NCBI GenBank assembly: GCA_965279515.1
Contig: CBDIID010000003.1
Span: 160,001-224,000 of the forward strand
Length of the DNA stretch: 64,000 bases
Reading direction: 5' to 3'
DNA from: Turneriella sp.
Lineage (GTDB): Bacteria; Spirochaetota; Leptospiria; Turneriellales; Turneriellaceae
Shown here: one piece after another, positions 26,533 through 36,838 of the stretch
Numbering within the stretch: position 1 is the first letter of the stretch
Layout: each line of letters opens with the position of its first letter
The notes under the pieces: model-generated
The model's database searches: none
Seen by the model: the letters and a program-made list of their open reading frames with translations, nothing else
What the model was told of the DNA's origin: nothing
Program-made: the position numbers and the translations under genes

Positions 26533-27210
26533 GTGAAGCAATCCCAGTGTCCATCGTGCGGAGCTCCACTTACCTTCGAAAACGCCCATAGCCTTTACGC
26601 GGTTTGCAAGTACTGCCGCACCATGTCGGTGCAAGCGGAAGACGCCCTTAAAGAAGTCGGCAAGACGGCCGCGCTGATCGAAGACGGTTCGCCCCTGCAG
26701 CTCGGCGCCTCGGGCACGATCGATGGCAAAACCTTCACGATTATTGGCCGCATCCAGTATAACTTTGGCCTGGGCTTCTGGAATGAATGGTATATCAATA
26801 TGGCCGAAGATGCAGGCGGGCCGGCGTGGCTCGGCGAAGCGAACGGCATGTATTTTTTCACGCGACAGAAGAAGGATGCCCAACTGAGCGACGCGCTCGA
26901 ATTCGACAAACTTTATGCCGGGGGCTCCGTTTATATCGACGGCAAAGAATTTTATATTAAGGATATCCAGACGAGCAAGGTCGTTTCGGGCGAGGGCGAA
27001 CTGCCTTTTCCCTTTGAGTCTGAGTATGAAGCACCTGTGGTAGACCTCGTGCGGCAGGATGGCACATTTGCGACGCTCGATTTCAGCGAAGACAAAACAA
27101 TCGTCTTTATCGGCAAGGCACTGACTTACAATGACTTACATATGACGCGCGTGCGGAGCGTCTATGGTTTTAAGGCTGCTGACGCCGAAGTTGCAGGAGC
27201 CAAAGCGTGA
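26533..27210 (+). CDS. DUF4178 protein with N-terminal zinc ribbon
   Basis: CPSCGA..CKYC, SPLQLG, WNEW, GEGELPF. Confidence 0.8.
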   Translation: MKQSQCPSCGAPLTFENAHSLYAVCKYCRTMSVQAEDALKEVGKTAALIEDGSPLQLGASGTIDGKTFTIIGRIQYNFGLGFWNEWYINMAEDAGGPAWLGEANGMYFFTRQKKDAQLSDALEFDKLYAGGSVYIDGKEFYIKDIQTSKVVSGEGELPFPFESEYEAPVVDLVRQDGTFATLDFSEDKTIVFIGKALTYNDLHMTRVRSVYGFKAADAEVAGAKA

Positions 27211-28916
27211 GCGAGCGCGTTGGAGATAATTTAGCCCCAAAAGAAGCGGCGCCGGTTACGGCGAAGGGCTTTAAATGCCCGAACTGCGGCGGGCCGGTTA
27301 ACCTCGAGCTGCCCGGCAAATCACAGACGGTCCGTTGCCCTTATTGCAGTTCAATTCTCGAACCCGGCCACGACGTTCTCGTACTCAAAAAGAAATACAA
27401 CGAAAAATTCAGCCAGCACATGTGGATTCCGCTGGGCGCGGAAGGCACGCTTGAAGGCATAAAATTCAAATGCGTGGGCATGGTCGTGCGCGGCGACGAC
27501 GATGGCGGCGAGTGGTCAGAATACCTGCTCTTTAATCCTTACCACGGCTACCGTTACCTTGTTGAAAGTTCAGGACACTGGACATTGATGCAGCAGGCGC
27601 CAGGGTTGGGTTTTGATTCGGGTGGCCGGCCGGGCTGGTATGGGCCAACAGGCAAGATGCAGATCGGCGGCAAGAAGCTGAAATACTTCACACATTACCG
27701 CGCGACGGTGAAAAGTATCATCGGTGAGTTTCCGTGGCAGGCAACCATTGGCGAGATCAATGATGTTACCGAATATATCAATCCCCCTTATGCATCATCA
27801 TGCGAAACGGTAGCGCAGTATTTTGATAAAGCGGGCAAACAGGTCAATCTTGAAAAGCTGCTGCACAAACATAAGGCCAAGGTGCAACAGGCCGAAGACT
27901 CGGACGACGACGAAGAGATCGAAGATGATGACGTCGACGATGTTGCGGATGTCATTCAGAAGCACCAGCTGACGAAGCGCATTACGGAGAGCAACTGGTC
28001 AACGGGTGAGTATAAATACCCCGAAGAAATTCAGGCGGCTTTTGGCCTCAAGGAAATGCCTGAGCGCGTGGGTTTCGGCATGTGCGAGCCGAACCCCGCG
28101 AAAAAACGTTATCTTTTCTCCCTGGCGTGGACGGCTCTCTTGTTCCTTGCCACGACAGCGACCTGCAGCGTCGTTTCGGGCCGCTCTGAGAACAAGGTAG
28201 TGCTTACTAAAGAAGTTAAACTCAATACAGCGGACTTTGAACTGAAGCAGGAAAACGGCACCGATTACCTCGAGTTCAATTTTGAGCCGGGCTCCATCGA
28301 ACTTAATAAAGACACGAACGTCGAGTTTGAATTCCGCGCGAACCTCAACCAGCAGTGGATGAGTCTGAATATCTTTATGATCGACGAGACGACCGGGCAG
28401 GGTTATATCTATGACACCGAGTTGTCGCACTATTGGGGCGGCAGCGGCGATGATTCGTGGTCTGAGGGCAGCGATTCGGCAGACTTTACCACAGATAAGA
28501 TGCCGAAGGGTAATTATTTTGTGTTTGTTGCCGGAGCGACCAACATCGGTGTCGATAATTTTAAACGTTACCTGAACCAATATGGACAGAGGCAGGCCGC
28601 TCCGATTCTGCCGCCGACGCCTCCCCTGGAAAAAGGAAATCCTGGGAAATCCGGGGATGCCCCCAAAAAGAAAACGGAAGCTAAAACAGCGCCACCTCCG
28701 CCGCCAGCCGCACCATCCCCTGCTGCCAATGAAAAACGCGGCAAGTTATTACCGGAAGAGTTTCCGCTCAAGCCAGCTGCGCCGCGCTTTCAGCTGAATA
28801 TGCGGGCAAAGCGCGACGTGGCAGCGATTGGCATGGCCTTCGTGCTGGTGCTGACGCTCCTGGGTTTTAATATCTACTATTACATCCGTTACCGGATGAA
28901 AGAGGGTGAACGATAG
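27207..28916 (+). CDS. DUF4178 membrane protein
   Basis: CPNCGG..CPYC, IPLG, WSEYLL, GEFPW, WSEGS. Confidence 0.8.
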   Translation: MSERVGDNLAPKEAAPVTAKGFKCPNCGGPVNLELPGKSQTVRCPYCSSILEPGHDVLVLKKKYNEKFSQHMWIPLGAEGTLEGIKFKCVGMVVRGDDDGGEWSEYLLFNPYHGYRYLVESSGHWTLMQQAPGLGFDSGGRPGWYGPTGKMQIGGKKLKYFTHYRATVKSIIGEFPWQATIGEINDVTEYINPPYASSCETVAQYFDKAGKQVNLEKLLHKHKAKVQQAEDSDDDEEIEDDDVDDVADVIQKHQLTKRITESNWSTGEYKYPEEIQAAFGLKEMPERVGFGMCEPNPAKKRYLFSLAWTALLFLATTATCSVVSGRSENKVVLTKEVKLNTADFELKQENGTDYLEFNFEPGSIELNKDTNVEFEFRANLNQQWMSLNIFMIDETTGQGYIYDTELSHYWGGSGDDSWSEGSDSADFTTDKMPKGNYFVFVAGATNIGVDNFKRYLNQYGQRQAAPILPPTPPLEKGNPGKSGDAPKKKTEAKTAPPPPPAAPSPAANEKRGKLLPEEFPLKPAAPRFQLNMRAKRDVAAIGMAFVLVLTLLGFNIYYYIRYRMKEGER

Positions 28917-28943
28917 TATGAATGCGATTCAGGACGGTAGCCG

Positions 28944-29144
28944 ATGAAAGATATACGGAAAATGTATATCTATATCCCCGTGACCCTACTGCTGTTCATC
29001 CTGACGCTTGTATCGCTCATTACACAGTCGGGCGGAAAAGACCCGATACTGGCAAAAAATCTCAGCGTGAAGAACATCCGCGCGAACCCGACTTCTTTTC
29101 GCGCGGTTTATATGCCGCGTATTCTGTCAGGCGGAGGCAAATAA
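28944..29144 (+). CDS. Small membrane protein ending GGGK
   Basis: One TM helix; position typical of DUF4178 operons. Confidence 0.6.
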   Translation: MKDIRKMYIYIPVTLLLFILTLVSLITQSGGKDPILAKNLSVKNIRANPTSFRAVYMPRILSGGGK

Positions 29145-29183
29145 CTTGCGCACTATATTAATCACATCAACAAAGAGGTATGT

Positions 29184-29486
29184 ATGAAAAAAATCCTGTT
29201 CTATCTTCTGCTGGCGGCCATTGTCGCTTCGGGGGCCATCTATGCCAACGGGGATCTTCCGCGCATGAAGGCGCCTTTGCTCGACCTCGAGCATATTCTC
29301 GCCGTGCTGATATATTCAGTCATGGGCATCATTATCATGGTGCTGGCGTTTGTGATCATCGACTGGATTCACCCGCGCGACATCTGGGGTGAGATCGCTG
29401 ATAAACAAAACACGGCGATGGCGATTATGTTCGGCTGCATGATGCTGGGGATTGCCATCATCATCGCCGCATCGGTCGTGGGTTGA
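29184..29486 (+). CDS. DUF350 membrane protein
   Basis: IWGEIADKQNTAMAI...GIAIIIAA. Confidence 0.8.
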   Translation: MKKILFYLLLAAIVASGAIYANGDLPRMKAPLLDLEHILAVLIYSVMGIIIMVLAFVIIDWIHPRDIWGEIADKQNTAMAIMFGCMMLGIAIIIAASVVG

Positions 29487-29524
29487 TGGCATTCGCCGCG
29501 CTCTTCTGGCGCGGCGCTTAAACC

Positions 29525-31519
29525 GTGCGTAAATGGATTTTACGCGTTGCTCTCGCTCTGTTGCTGCTGCTCATCTGCAGCGCGGCAGGGTTTATCTATT
29601 TCATCCGTAAGAACTATTCTCCCGAAAAAGTAAAAAAAGAACTCGAGATGGCGATCCGGCAAAAGACCGGTCTCGACATGTCGATTGGTTCGCTGGAATT
29701 CACCTGGACCGGGGATATCAAACTCAGGCAAATCTGCATTCGTAACCCGCTGATGAAAAGCGATCGCTGCCTCATCGCGGCGAATATCACACATCTCGAT
29801 CTGCGTGTGCTGCCGCTTCTAAAAAAACGCATCGAGATCCGGGCGGCGGTGCTCGACGACATGGCACTCAATCTCTTCGTGCTCGAAGAAAAGGCAGCAA
29901 ACGGAAAAAAGACCCTGCTGAAGAGTTGGGAGATCCCCCTGCGCGACGACGCTATCAAAACAGAATCGGGCGCCGTCGCCGAGATGCGGCTCGACGCGCT
30001 CAAGGTCGGGCATGGTGATATCAATCACGAGTATGCGGTTCTGCCCTTGCCGCTGGGGAAAAATCAATTCTCACTTGCGTTCAGCGAAGGCGAAGAGAAG
30101 TCGGTGCGTCTCGATCTTGAATATGCGAACGGTGGCTTTACCGGGTTCAAGCTCAAGGTCGGTTCGCAAAACCTGCTCTCGAGCGTGAAACGCCTGGTGC
30201 GTGAGGGGCAGGCTTTGGATACCGACACGGTTTCCGGCGAATTTGAATGCAAGCGTTGTAATGCGGGCGCATTTGACCGGCGATTGGGGCATGTGACCGG
30301 GAAGTTTGATCTTACCGGAGCGAAGAACAGGATCAGCCTCGAAACAAAAAATACCGAACTTAATGTATTGAGTCCTGTCACGGGCAATTTTAATACGTCG
30401 GCAAAATTTACTGTGACGCTGCCGGCCATGTCGGTGCAGGAAGCTGCGGGCAGTTTATCGACAACCGGGCTTTCCGCAACTTTTCAGAATTTTTCGGTGG
30501 ATACACTCTCGGGCGCCAAGGGTGATTTTGACGCCACCGTAGATTTCGCAGCGGCGCGCGCGCTGCTCAAATTGCCGGCAAATATGACAGGTGTTGCGCA
30601 TGCACATGGCCGCCTCGAAAAAGGCATTGCCTCAGGTGCGCTGCGCGTCAAAAATTTCAGCCTGGCCGCGACGCCGGGGATGGTCGTCGCGTCTCCGGAT
30701 TTTTCGGCGGGCTTTATCGATTCCCGGCTGAGTTTAACGAATCAGCCGTTCAAGCTCAATGAACATAGTCTTTTGGTAACTGGTACGGTATTGCCAGGTG
30801 ATATTTCTTTGCGCATTTCGGCAGATGTTTTGCAATATCAAAAATGGCGTGTGGAAAAATTCACGGGTAATCTGAGGCGAACCGCAAATCAGCTGGAGAT
30901 CCGCGATGCGGCGATGATCTTTGCGCGGGGCCGCCTGACGGCGAATTACCTGCGCAAAGCCGATAGCAAGGCCCAAAACCTGCGCCTCACCGCTGCGGGC
31001 CTTAAAGGCCAGGATCTAAGCAATATCTTTGGCCTCAAGGCGACGGTCTTTGGCGACGTGGGTGCAGAAGCGACGATGAATTTCAGCGGTGATACGGCCG
31101 ATGAAATGCGGCGCAGCCTCTCGGGCAACACCACACTCAAGATCGGCCGCGGCAAAATCAAGGACAGCTTTTTCCAGAAGGGCATGCTGGGCGGACCGCT
31201 GCACAAACTCGAGGAAAAGTTTTCGGACATTGAGTTCGCTTCGCTCACCGCAGAAGTGTCATTTCAGAATGGCCGCTGGAGTGCGCGCCGTGTCTTCTTT
31301 GACGCCGAGGAATGGAATCTGACCTTGCGGGCCGAGGCCGACGCCGAAAACCTGGGCAAGGCCGCACTCGATTTCCGTTTCAGGCAAAGTTTTGTCGAGA
31401 ACGTCGCGAATCCCCTGCACCTGGGCATTGAGGGCCGCAAGGAAGGCGAGTTCTACGAGTTACCCTTCGCCTGCCGCGGCAATGTTTTGTCGGGTGCTTG
31501 TTATAAACAAAACTGGTAG
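29525..31519 (+). CDS. AsmA family protein
   Basis: N-terminal anchor, long beta-rich body, AsmA-like N- and C-terminal patterns. Confidence 0.7.
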   Translation: MRKWILRVALALLLLLICSAAGFIYFIRKNYSPEKVKKELEMAIRQKTGLDMSIGSLEFTWTGDIKLRQICIRNPLMKSDRCLIAANITHLDLRVLPLLKKRIEIRAAVLDDMALNLFVLEEKAANGKKTLLKSWEIPLRDDAIKTESGAVAEMRLDALKVGHGDINHEYAVLPLPLGKNQFSLAFSEGEEKSVRLDLEYANGGFTGFKLKVGSQNLLSSVKRLVREGQALDTDTVSGEFECKRCNAGAFDRRLGHVTGKFDLTGAKNRISLETKNTELNVLSPVTGNFNTSAKFTVTLPAMSVQEAAGSLSTTGLSATFQNFSVDTLSGAKGDFDATVDFAAARALLKLPANMTGVAHAHGRLEKGIASGALRVKNFSLAATPGMVVASPDFSAGFIDSRLSLTNQPFKLNEHSLLVTGTVLPGDISLRISADVLQYQKWRVEKFTGNLRRTANQLEIRDAAMIFARGRLTANYLRKADSKAQNLRLTAAGLKGQDLSNIFGLKATVFGDVGAEATMNFSGDTADEMRRSLSGNTTLKIGRGKIKDSFFQKGMLGGPLHKLEEKFSDIEFASLTAEVSFQNGRWSARRVFFDAEEWNLTLRAEADAENLGKAALDFRFRQSFVENVANPLHLGIEGRKEGEFYELPFACRGNVLSGACYKQNW

Positions 31520-31529
31520 GCTGAAAAAG

Positions 31530-31601
31530 CGCAAAGGCCGCAGAGCTACGCAAAGGTATCGCGCGGAAGATCTTACTTTGCGGAACTTAGCGTACTTTGC
31601 G
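31530..31601. repeat. CGCAAAG/CTTTGCG palindromic repeat between convergent genes
   Basis: cgcaaag, cgcagag, cgcaaag ... ctttgcg, cttagcg, ctttgcg. Confidence 0.6.
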
Positions 31602-31653
31602 TTGTCATTCCGCATGTTACAGGTTGAAATAGATTTTACGTTTATCTGCTAAA

Positions 31654-32877
31654 TCACTTCTGCGTTTCGGCAAAACTCAGTTTGCGCAGCGAGGGAATAA
31701 AAAAGGCAATCGTCAATACGACCAGAATTGTCATCGATCCGCCGAAGACGACGGAGGGCACAAGGCCCATAAACTTCGCTGTCAACCCGCTTTCAAACGC
31801 GCCGATTTCATTCGATGAGGCGATGAAGATCGAATTCACCGCAGCGACGCGCCCGCGCATCGGGTCGGGCGTATGCGTCTGCATGATGGTCGAGCGCATG
31901 ACAACGCTGATATTGTCGACGGCACCCGAAAGCGCCAGGATCACTATCGCCGCAGAGAAATCTTTATTGATGCCAAAAGCAATCATGAGCAGGCCAAAGG
32001 CCGCCACAGCCGTCAGCAGTACTTTACCGGCATGCGCCCGTATCGGTACAAATATCAGGAGGAGTCCCATGACGGCGGCGCCGGCAGCGGGGGCCGCACG
32101 CAGGTAGCCGAGACCTGCAGCGCCGGTCATGTAGATGAGATCGCTGAATGCCGGCAGCAGCGCGACCGCGCCGCCGAAGAGCACGGCAAACATGTCGAGG
32201 CTGATCGCACCGAGGATAACCTTATTGTTAAAAACAAAGTGCAAACCTTCGCGTACGGCATGCGATAGTTTCTCGCGTTTGTTCTGCGGTTTTGCCGGTG
32301 CATGGATGAGATAGAAAAACAGCACCGATGCGATGGTGAGTCCCATGGCAATCTGGTAGCATAACAGCGGTGAAAATTTTTCATAAAAAATACCCGCCAT
32401 TGCGGGGCCGGTGATGAGCGCTACGTGCCAGCCGATGGAATTAAAGACGGCGGCGCGTGCATAATAATCTTTGTGAACAATTTCACCTAAAAGCGCCGAA
32501 CTGGCTGGGGCAATAATGCCGCGGCCCACACCGACGATACCCGTGGCAATAAAGAGCGGCAAAATCGAATCGAGTTTATGTTTGCCTGAAGTGGCGAGCA
32601 GGATAATGACGCTGATCCAGGTAATGAATGAGCCGATGAGGGCAATCCGCCTGCGGTTGAAGCTGTCGGCCCAGTAGCCGCCGATGAGGCTCAAGGCAAT
32701 CGCGGGAATAACTTCAGTGAGAGCGAGATAACCGATGTAGATCGAGTCATGCGTCGCTGCATAGACCTGCCAGTGCGCGATGGTGCCGACGATCTGAAAA
32801 CTCAGCACCATCGTGGTGCGTGCGCCGATAAAAAAAAGGAAATTCTTATTCCTGAGAACTGAAAAATTGGATTTCAC
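31654..32877 (-). CDS. MFS transporter
   Basis: 12 TM segments, GYWADSFNRRR, LDMFAVLFGG, MRGRV. Confidence 0.9.
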   Translation of the reverse strand: MKSNFSVLRNKNFLFFIGARTTMVLSFQIVGTIAHWQVYAATHDSIYIGYLALTEVIPAIALSLIGGYWADSFNRRRIALIGSFITWISVIILLATSGKHKLDSILPLFIATGIVGVGRGIIAPASSALLGEIVHKDYYARAAVFNSIGWHVALITGPAMAGIFYEKFSPLLCYQIAMGLTIASVLFFYLIHAPAKPQNKREKLSHAVREGLHFVFNNKVILGAISLDMFAVLFGGAVALLPAFSDLIYMTGAAGLGYLRAAPAAGAAVMGLLLIFVPIRAHAGKVLLTAVAAFGLLMIAFGINKDFSAAIVILALSGAVDNISVVMRSTIMQTHTPDPMRGRVAAVNSIFIASSNEIGAFESGLTAKFMGLVPSVVFGGSMTILVVLTIAFFIPSLRKLSFAETQK

Positions 32878-32883
32878 GCGGTG

Positions 32884-34500
32884 CTAGAATCCCGTATCGA
32901 GCGCGTCGGCTTCGGGTGGAGTGATACGTAGTACTTTACCGCTCATAATATAGAACGATCTGCCGCCGATACCTTTGCGCAGATATTTGCCGGGGTTCCG
33001 GATAAAGTCACCTGCGTTGAGTTCGAGTGCCGGGGATGAATCCGCGGCGTTTTCGATGATAAGCGCCGGGGTGGCCCGGTTGCGGATCGTCTCTGTCGAT
33101 GAAGGTGATTTCAGTTCGACATAAATCCGCGCAAAGGTATCGACCTTGAGTTTTTGTGCGTCGCGCGCCGTCAGGCTCAGGTAATACGTTTGCCCGTTTT
33201 GGTCGAGGAGTATCCGCCAATCGCTGGTGCCAGAGGGAGCAGTCTTGAATGCCTGGGCGAGCGCATCTTTGAGCGGCGCTCCGTAATACTCGGCATTGCC
33301 TGGGGTAACAACCTTGTTTTTCGAGAGCGCTTCATAGATTTTTACAAGATCAGAGGCGGCTGTCTGCGCCGCATATTTATCGGGGATGACAACGCCGCCT
33401 TCGAAACGCTTCGCTTCTGCATCGCGCAATTCATAGATGCGTCCACCGCGGCGGAAAATAAACCATTCCTGTCCGGTCGCCAGGCCCACCCTGGCACGTT
33501 GCGCAGAAGGCAGGTACGAAGAATTTTCGCCGAGCTCGCGTGCTAACCGTTGCCAAAATGTCTGCACTTCCTGCGTGGCGGTGCTTGAGGGGGCGATCAT
33601 TACCTTTCCCGCGCGCGCGAGACGGCGTATCTGCGCACGCAAATTGATCTGCGTGCGGCTGTCGCGGGGGAAATCCGAAGGAATAAAGACAGTAACCGCA
33701 TTGCGGCCTTCTTGCCGCGCCCGCGCCGATGCTTTGACCGCGCAATCGAGTAAACTGTCGGCCTCGCTATAGCTGCCGAAACCCTCGAAGCGTAATTTTT
33801 CGAGAAACTCTTTCTGGAGAGCCTTATCGCCCTGCGGTTTTAATGTCTGGATTTTACCTTTGCCGTCGGCGAAGCAAAACGACGATTTGACGGAATCGAG
33901 ACTCAGAAAAAGGTTCTTGAGTTGCGGCCAGTCAAAGTAGGCGCCGCCATAGGTGTCGCCCGCAACGACCAGGTCGGCGCTCGATTCTTTAGGCGTCGCG
34001 GGGCTTTTACTGAAACGCTCGGTCAGGTTTTGACCCAATGCGGTGTTGAGATCGTTTCCGGTTGTAACCAGGGTGTCGGTGAGCTGATCGCCTTCGCGGA
34101 AATATACCTTGCTGGTAATCTCAAATTCCGAAGCCATGGATGGCTCAGGGGTCGCGCTGTCACGGATGACATCTCCGCGCGACCCAACGGCTTTGCGGCG
34201 GATACGGCTGAGCAGAATGCGCTCCGCCATACAGGTTTTAGCGACGGCGCGCAACGTTTCGGGGGCGATCTTTTGCGCCATCGTGGTGTTGGCTTGTTTG
34301 AGGCAACCCTCTGCCTCAGCGACCTGTACGATTTCGCCGACACGGCTTACCTTCAGGTAGAGCGCCATTGCACGCGCGAGATCGCCCGCAGCAATGGTGC
34401 TTTCCTGCCCGCCGAGTTCGAGACGGGGTGGCAAGACCAGCCAGCGGTCGGAAAACACCGCGGTGGATGCTAATATAAAGAGGCTAATGTGTCGCAGCAT
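32884..34500 (-). CDS. Hypothetical exported protein
   Basis: 538 aa ORF with signal peptide, coupled to murG. Confidence 0.75.
   Translation of the reverse strand: MLRHISLFILASTAVFSDRWLVLPPRLELGGQESTIAAGDLARAMALYLKVSRVGEIVQVAEAEGCLKQANTTMAQKIAPETLRAVAKTCMAERILLSRIRRKAVGSRGDVIRDSATPEPSMASEFEITSKVYFREGDQLTDTLVTTGNDLNTALGQNLTERFSKSPATPKESSADLVVAGDTYGGAYFDWPQLKNLFLSLDSVKSSFCFADGKGKIQTLKPQGDKALQKEFLEKLRFEGFGSYSEADSLLDCAVKASARARQEGRNAVTVFIPSDFPRDSRTQINLRAQIRRLARAGKVMIAPSSTATQEVQTFWQRLARELGENSSYLPSAQRARVGLATGQEWFIFRRGGRIYELRDAEAKRFEGGVVIPDKYAAQTAASDLVKIYEALSKNKVVTPGNAEYYGAPLKDALAQAFKTAPSGTSDWRILLDQNGQTYYLSLTARDAQKLKVDTFARIYVELKSPSSTETIRNRATPALIIENAADSSPALELNAGDFIRNPGKYLRKGIGGRSFYIMSGKVLRITPPEADALDTGF
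34132..34185. repeat. Palindromic element with GGA-loop hairpins inside a CDS
   Basis: agccATGGAtggct; gggtcgcgc-[tgtcACGGAtgaca]-gcgcgaccc. Confidence 0.6.
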
Positions 34501-35587
34501 GGTTCAGATTCTCTAATATATATCGGGCAATTTTGATTTCGGCGCGAGTCTCGGGCCGTTTTGTTGCATTTCCGGGCGGTTTGCCCAGAAATGCCAGAAA
34601 GGCGGCGAGAGCATTTTCAGCGTGGAACGGCCGTTCGTCGTAAATTACCGACGGCATCTGAGCGATCATCGCTTCGGCATTTGCCTTTTGGTGGTCATCG
34701 GCCGCGAAAGGATAGGGAATCAGGAAGGACGGTTTTTCAGACCAGAGGATTTCAAACAGTGTGCCGCTGCCGCAGCGCGCCACGATAAAATCCGCAGCGT
34801 CGTAGGCGGCAGGCATGTCTTCAATGAAAGGCAGGATCGCATCGCCTTTACGGGCTTTGGGCTTCAGGGCTTCGAATGCCGAGCCACCGGCGGCAATTGT
34901 ACAGTGGTATTTAGTAGCGGTAGGATGCCCCACGAAACTCAGGTAGAGCGCGTTGATGTCGGTCGCACCCTGACTGCCACCGAGGAAGAGAATATTCGGT
35001 TTACCAGCCTTTTTTTTCCGAAGCGGGACATCCGCCTTGTCTTTGAACATCGCACGCAGCGGATTGCCGGTGACGACAAATTTGGAGGCGAGTTTTTTGA
35101 TTTCGGTAAAAGACAGAAACACAGCTTTTGCGAATGACTTACCCCGGCGCGTGACCATGCCCCAGTGGGCATTTTGTTCACAGAGGAAGAGCGGCTTCTT
35201 GTTGAAGATGGCATATGCCACTGCGGGAAAAGAGCTGTAACCGCCCATGCCCAGAACCGCAGTCGCCTGCTCGGCGGTCGCGGCCTGTTTCACGAGGCGG
35301 TAGGCGGAGCGAAAGCGGCGGAAAAAAGCCCATAACTTCAGCGGGTTTTTTGTGAGCCGCGGCGCGTCATAGGCCACGATCGAAACATTTTCATTGCGCG
35401 CAATTCTGATAATATCGGGGTAGTCGATATTTTTCATCAGCGTCGTGAGAATGATTTTGCCGCCGAGAGCAAGCCAGCGTTCAGCGATGCTGATACCGGG
35501 GGTGATATGACCGCCCGTGCCGCCCGCGGCGATCAGCAATGTTTTACCCTGTGCTTCTCCGGAAGCTTGTATGGTCTTTTTCTTCAT
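34484..35587 (-). CDS. murG: MurG glycosyltransferase
   Basis: GGTGGH, GGYSS, EQN, TGNP, GGSQGA, HQKANA. Confidence 0.93.
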   Translation of the reverse strand: MKKKTIQASGEAQGKTLLIAAGGTGGHITPGISIAERWLALGGKIILTTLMKNIDYPDIIRIARNENVSIVAYDAPRLTKNPLKLWAFFRRFRSAYRLVKQAATAEQATAVLGMGGYSSFPAVAYAIFNKKPLFLCEQNAHWGMVTRRGKSFAKAVFLSFTEIKKLASKFVVTGNPLRAMFKDKADVPLRKKKAGKPNILFLGGSQGATDINALYLSFVGHPTATKYHCTIAAGGSAFEALKPKARKGDAILPFIEDMPAAYDAADFIVARCGSGTLFEILWSEKPSFLIPYPFAADDHQKANAEAMIAQMPSVIYDERPFHAENALAAFLAFLGKPPGNATKRPETRAEIKIARYILENLNHAATH

Positions 35588-36825
35588 GATGGTATTGCCG
35601 CGGCACCGAGGCGAGTTTTCACAAGTTCTATCAGCACCTCGCGGTTATTCTCGGCGCGACCCGCTTTCACTTCTTCGAAGACATATTTGAGCATATCGCC
35701 CATCGCGCGCGTCTGTGGCATGCCCATTTCCATGAGTATATGGCCGTCGATGGCAAGATCTTTGATCTTGAATTCTTTTTCTTTTTCGATGATTTCGTCG
35801 ATATGACTGATCAGGTTTTGCAGCGCCTTCGGGAACGCTGTCTTCTTGCCAGAACCCTTGCGGTCGGCGAGGCGCAGCGAGATCAGGTCCTGCAGTTCTT
35901 CAAGCGGGATTTTTTTCACGAACCGGCGCACGGCCTTATCTGACCATTCGTCGGTATAATGGAACATGTGGTTGCGCACGAGGAATTTCACTTTTTGCCC
36001 GACGCCGATCGGCACCGCAAGGCGTTTCATGATCGGCACGACCATGCGCGCTGAATACATTTCATGGTTGTGAAAGCTGGCTTCGCCGTTGGGCCCTTCG
36101 ACACGCGTCGGCACTTTGCCGACATCGTGGAGGAGCGCTGACCAGCGCACGGGTTCATTCAGGTCATAGGCGCCGTCGACCGAATGCAGCAGGTGCTCGA
36201 AGATATCGTGCGCGTGGTAGCGGTTTTGCGCGAGATGCCGGCCGGCAGTGACCTCGGGTAAATAGACTTCGAGCAGGCCCAATTCATCGAGGAATTTCAG
36301 GGCTTTGGAGGGTTTACGCCCGCAGATAATATTCTTGAAGGTATGGCGCCGCAATGTCTGGGGAACATCCAGTGCTGCTTTGGGATCGGAAACCGCCGTC
36401 ACCCCTTTTACCTTTAGTTGCGGAAAGCGCGCCACGAGTACTGCGACTTGCAGCAGATCTTTGAGTTCAGGGCTGCTATGGAATTCCATAGCATCGCCCT
36501 GAACAGAAATGCATGCGGGTATCCACTGGAACTTTTTCGCTGAAAGGACAATCTTGCCCGGCTGGCGGCTGCGTTCCGCAAAACGGATTTCCGTTTCGTG
36601 ATCGGTGACATGCGTTTCTGCGCCTGAGCCACGAACCGCGGCGGTGAAGGCGGCAATCTCTTCGGGGGTGGCCGAAATTTTCAGCGGCAGTGTTTCGCGC
36701 TTCATATCGTCGGCGAGTTTTGTTTCGCTCGCAGCGGTTGTATACCAGTAGCCCTCCCACATGAGCAGGCTCTGGTTTTCAGGTGAATGCGCTGCGGCAA
36801 TGAGCGCAGAGAAAATCTCAGCCAT
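35584..36825 (-). CDS. HD-domain protein resembling the C-terminal part of CCA/poly(A) polymerases
   Basis: LEVYLPEV, QNRYH, ALLHDVGK, FHNHE, LAIDG. Confidence 0.7.
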   Translation of the reverse strand: MAEIFSALIAAAHSPENQSLLMWEGYWYTTAASETKLADDMKRETLPLKISATPEEIAAFTAAVRGSGAETHVTDHETEIRFAERSRQPGKIVLSAKKFQWIPACISVQGDAMEFHSSPELKDLLQVAVLVARFPQLKVKGVTAVSDPKAALDVPQTLRRHTFKNIICGRKPSKALKFLDELGLLEVYLPEVTAGRHLAQNRYHAHDIFEHLLHSVDGAYDLNEPVRWSALLHDVGKVPTRVEGPNGEASFHNHEMYSARMVVPIMKRLAVPIGVGQKVKFLVRNHMFHYTDEWSDKAVRRFVKKIPLEELQDLISLRLADRKGSGKKTAFPKALQNLISHIDEIIEKEKEFKIKDLAIDGHILMEMGMPQTRAMGDMLKYVFEEVKAGRAENNREVLIELVKTRLGAAAIPS

Positions 36826-36838
36826 CGGTACCTGCAAT

